This document shows, piece after piece, positions 52,031 through 55,235 of a DNA stretch of 55,235 nt; the first letter of the stretch is position 1; each line of letters begins with the position of its first letter. This DNA is from Spizellomyces punctatus DAOM BR117 (Eukaryota). The position numbers and the translations under genes are program-made. The stretch lies in NCBI GenBank assembly GCA_000182565.2, contig KQ257465.1. The stretch is one strand, 5' to 3'. Under the pieces are notes generated by a model. That model was given only the letters and a program-made list of their open reading frames with translations, ran no database searches and was not told the origin of the DNA.

Positions 52031-52783
52031 ATGCCGACCCCAGATCCACCGTCCAACACAAGCAAAGGAAAAGCTAAAGCAGCACCCTCCTCAACATCAT
52101 CGCAACCTGTTCCCCATGTTCCCGCCATAACACCCACAGACCTCTCCTCCCTCCTCCCCTCCAAAACACAAGGCCCATCGACAACCACCGGCGGATCGAT
52201 ACAACTGGACACAGCCGTCTTCTCGACACCCATTCATGAAGACTATCTGGGAGGGAGACGTGCATATCATGTCCCGACCGGAGAGGTTCTAACCGAGGAG
52301 GATTTGTTTGCGTCTGGGATTGGGAATTTTGAGCGTGAAGATAATGGGGTGTTGTTACCTGATTTACCGTCCATTTCCCAAATCACCACCGATCCGGGAG
52401 CGGATTATAGCGTGGATGCAACAGACGGGGCAGACGTACTAGACTTTCTACGATCGTCAGAGTACACTACGACCATTTACGGCTCACCCCCCGCGGCTCG
52501 TCCCATGATGGGACCCACCACGTTGCAATCAACATCGCTTCGAGCGACACTCCAAGATGGGGAGGAAGCCATTGCGTACCTCCGTGATATGCGCTATGCA
52601 AGAGATGTGTATGGGTTAGAGGATGCGGTAGAAGAGTTTCATTTGGCTGTGCAGGCTTATCAAGAGGCGGTGGAAACGGGCGGGACGCAACAGAGTGAGA
52701 CGGAAAAGAGAGTCAAGGCGGCTGTGGAGAGATTAGGCATGTTGAGACAGCATTTTGGAAATGGACGGGGGACGTCTTCATGA
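52031..52783 (+). CDS. Hypothetical protein (~250 aa), single exon
   Basis: Open frame starting MPTPDPPS at ATG 52031 in good context. Acidic middle, helical C-terminus (AVERLGMLRQHF). Divergent from MRI1. Confidence 0.72.
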   Translation: MPTPDPPSNTSKGKAKAAPSSTSSQPVPHVPAITPTDLSSLLPSKTQGPSTTTGGSIQLDTAVFSTPIHEDYLGGRRAYHVPTGEVLTEEDLFASGIGNFEREDNGVLLPDLPSISQITTDPGADYSVDATDGADVLDFLRSSEYTTTIYGSPPAARPMMGPTTLQSTSLRATLQDGEEAIAYLRDMRYARDVYGLEDAVEEFHLAVQAYQEAVETGGTQQSETEKRVKAAVERLGMLRQHFGNGRGTSS

Positions 52784-54237
52784 TAAAGCATATTATGCAT
52801 TTTTATTTATGTAAATAATCACCATTGCAATATGCTCTTGTTCAACTCACACTCGATCCAATATAAACGTGACTGTGCCGCAGGGACCCACCATCCAGCA
52901 TCCGCCAACGCACCGCCCGCACCCTTCAACATCTGGGAACGCTCGTTCTTGCGCAGATCCCCACATTTCAACTCTTACACACACACACAACAAACCAATA
53001 TGGTATGTTATTCACACTTCTTATCGTTCACTACAGGGCTAATGCTTATGATAGGCCACCTTTCCTGCCATCCGTCAACGAAAGCAAGNNNNNNNNNNNN
53101 NNNNNNNNNNNNNNNNNNNNNNNNNNNNNNNNNNNNNNNNNNNNNNNNNNNNNNNNNNNNNNNNNNNNNNNNNNNNNNNNNNNNNNNNNNNNNNNNNNNN
53201 NNNNNNNNNNNNNNNNNNNNNNNNNNNNNNNNNNNNNNNNNNNNNNNNNNNNNNNNNNNNNNNNNNNNNNNNNNNNNNNNNNNNNNNNNNNNNNNNNNNN
53301 NNNNNNNNNNNNNNNNNNNNNNNNNNNNNNNNNNNNNNNNNNNNNNNNNNNNNNNNNNNNNNNNNNNNNNNNNNNNNNNNNNNNNNNNNNNNNNNNNNNN
53401 NNNNNNNNNNNNNNNNNNNNNNNNNNNNNNNNNNNNNNNNNNNNNNNNNNNNNNNNNNNNNNNNNNNNNNNNNNNNNNNNNNNNNNNNNNNNNNNNNNNN
53501 NNNNNNNNNNNNNNNNNNNNNNNNNNNNNNNNNNNNNNNNNNNNNNNNNNNNNNNNNNNNNNNNNNNNNNNNNNNNNNNNNNNNNNNNNNNNNNNNNNNN
53601 NNNNNNNNNNNNNNNNNNNNNNNNNNNNNNNNNNNNNNNNNNNNNNNNNNNNNNNNNNNNNNNNNNNNNNNNNNNNNNNNNNNNNNNNNNNNNNNNNNNN
53701 NNNNNNNNNNNNNNNNNNNNNNNNNNNNNNNNNNNNNNNNNNNNNNNNNNNNNNNNNNNNNNNNNNNNNNNNNNNNNNNNNNNNNNNNNNNNNNNNNNNN
53801 NNNNNNNNNNNNNNNNNNNNNNNNNNNNNNNNNNNNNNNNNNNNNNNNNNNNNNNNNNNNNNNNNNNNNNNNNNNNNNNNNNNNNNNNNNNNNNNNNNNN
53901 NNNNNNNNNNNNNNNNNNNNNNNNNNNNNNNNNNNNNNNNNNNNNNNNNNNNNNNNNNNNNNNNNNNNNNNNNNNNNNNNNNNNNNNNNNNNNNNNNNNN
54001 NNNNNNNNNNNNNNNNNNNNNNNNNNNNNNCCCACTCATCCTCTGCGAAATGTTATATGATGCATCTGTAGATGTCTGCAATGGCATGTACCCTATCGCC
54101 CCCATTATAAGCGATCATACTCTGCGACATGTAATATATTGCATATCCAGATCTATGACCAGGTATGTAGTCTATGCAAACATTATACGATGCATCTGAA
54201 CAAAAAACATTGATGGTGTGATGCGAATGCACTCATA

Positions 54238-54278
54238 CAACCAGCCACAACCAGCCACAAACAGCCACAAACAGCCAC
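54238..54278. repeat. 10-nt tandem repeat x4 (CAA[C/A]CAGCCA)
   Basis: caaccagcca caaccagcca caaacagcca caaacagcca, upstream of the cyclophilin gene. Confidence 0.8.
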
Positions 54279-54596
54279 CGAAATTGACCCATACGAGTGG
54301 CAAGAGCCCTGCACGCACACACAATGAACACACTGCCTGGGGGACGCGTTCCATCGTCACATCGCAACAAGGGCGCTGCTTGTCATTTGCTGCCTTGGCA
54401 ACAAGGTTTAAAAGAGAAAGTTGTTTCCCCCCCTTTGAGTTGTTTCTTCATCGTCTTTTTCCCATCGACATCTTCATTAGCAGAACAAACAAGGTATGTG
54501 ACGGAAAGCGATTGTAATGAGAAACGAGTCTATTGGGAATTCCCCAAAAACAATACAGCCAACACTGACTAACTCGTAGCACATTTCTTGCAAATT

Positions 54597-55207
54597 ATGC
54601 CCGCGTTTCGATTTGCGTCTATTTTGCGTTCTGCTGGTCATGCGCGATCGCAGATGAGCAACCCCAAGGTTTTCTTTGACATGACTGCGGACGGCAAGCC
54701 CCTTGGGCGCATTGTCATGGAGGTGTGTGTCTATAGAACGCGTACGCACGATGGGGGCAATCTTACTCATACCTCGTTTAGCTCCGCGCGGATGTCGTTC
54801 CCAAGACTGCCGAAAACTTTCGTGCTCTCTGCACTGGCGAAAAGGGCTTTGGATACGCTGGATCTACGTTCCACCGTGTGATTCCCAACTTTATGTGCCA
54901 AGGCGGCGACTTTACACGCGGCGATGGTACTGGGGGCAAGTCGATCTACGGCAACAAGTTTGAGGATGAAAACTTTCAGCTGAAGCACATTGGGGAGGGT
55001 ATCCTGTCCATGGCGAATGCTGGCCCCAACACGAACGGATCTCAGTTTTTCATTTGCACTACCCAGACGACCTGGTTGGATGGCAAGCACGTTGTGTTTG
55101 GAAAGGTGACTGAGGGAATGGATATTGTTAAAAAGGTGGAGAGCTTTGGTTCTCAGTCTGGCAAGACCAAGGCCAAGATTGTTGTGCAAAACTCTGGTCA
55201 ATTGTAA
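54597..55207 (+). CDS. CPR1: Cyclophilin-type peptidyl-prolyl isomerase with a 19-aa putative mitochondrial presequence and a second ATG at 54654; one coding intron (54723-54781)
   Basis: [83 protein letters not shown]. Confidence 0.93.
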
Positions 55208-55235
55208 ACGGGAGTGAGTAAATATATGCGGACTA

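Noticed and set aside
52832-54199. Long ORFs of 329-455 aa spanning the second N run
   Set aside because: Composed almost entirely of X residues from the assembly gap.
54767-55201. 144-aa antisense ORF over cyclophilin (and similar antisense ORFs over LYS20, KHA1 and the intersectin-like gene)
   Set aside because: Shadow ORFs expected opposite biased-codon coding exons.

Overview
Gene-dense eukaryotic nuclear DNA with many short (mostly 50-90 nt) GT-AG introns and two assembly gaps (5054-5317, 53089-54030). Gene content (homocitrate synthase, Pan1-type sequence motifs, animal-like RBBP9, MUTYH and intersectin architecture) points to an early-diverging fungus, probably a chytrid; this is inference. 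About 28 protein-coding genes can be supported, mostly housekeeping: STR3, TBC1D20/GYP8, ATG4, a SUN protein, USP, SUI1, ALKBH1, DOLPP1-like, fasciclin, LYS20, KHA1, RBBP9, MUTYH, PDB1, DGAT2, NDUFA12, metaxin, GNAT, MAM33, TMA22, TAF11, MRI1 and a cyclophilin. The standout is a small spliced gene (1579-2186) encoding a Tau/MAP2/MAP4-type microtubule-binding repeat protein, a family normally regarded as animal. Other highlights: a single gene joining a Pan1-like N-terminus to the intersectin-L SH3-SH3-DH-PH-C2 tail, with a built-in short/long isoform switch; a cyclophilin whose alternative 3' splice acceptors could choose mitochondrial versus cytosolic forms; a metallothionein-like Cys-rich protein tail; and a recurring GTCACGTG promoter motif. 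Exon boundaries were read by eye, and no database search was run.
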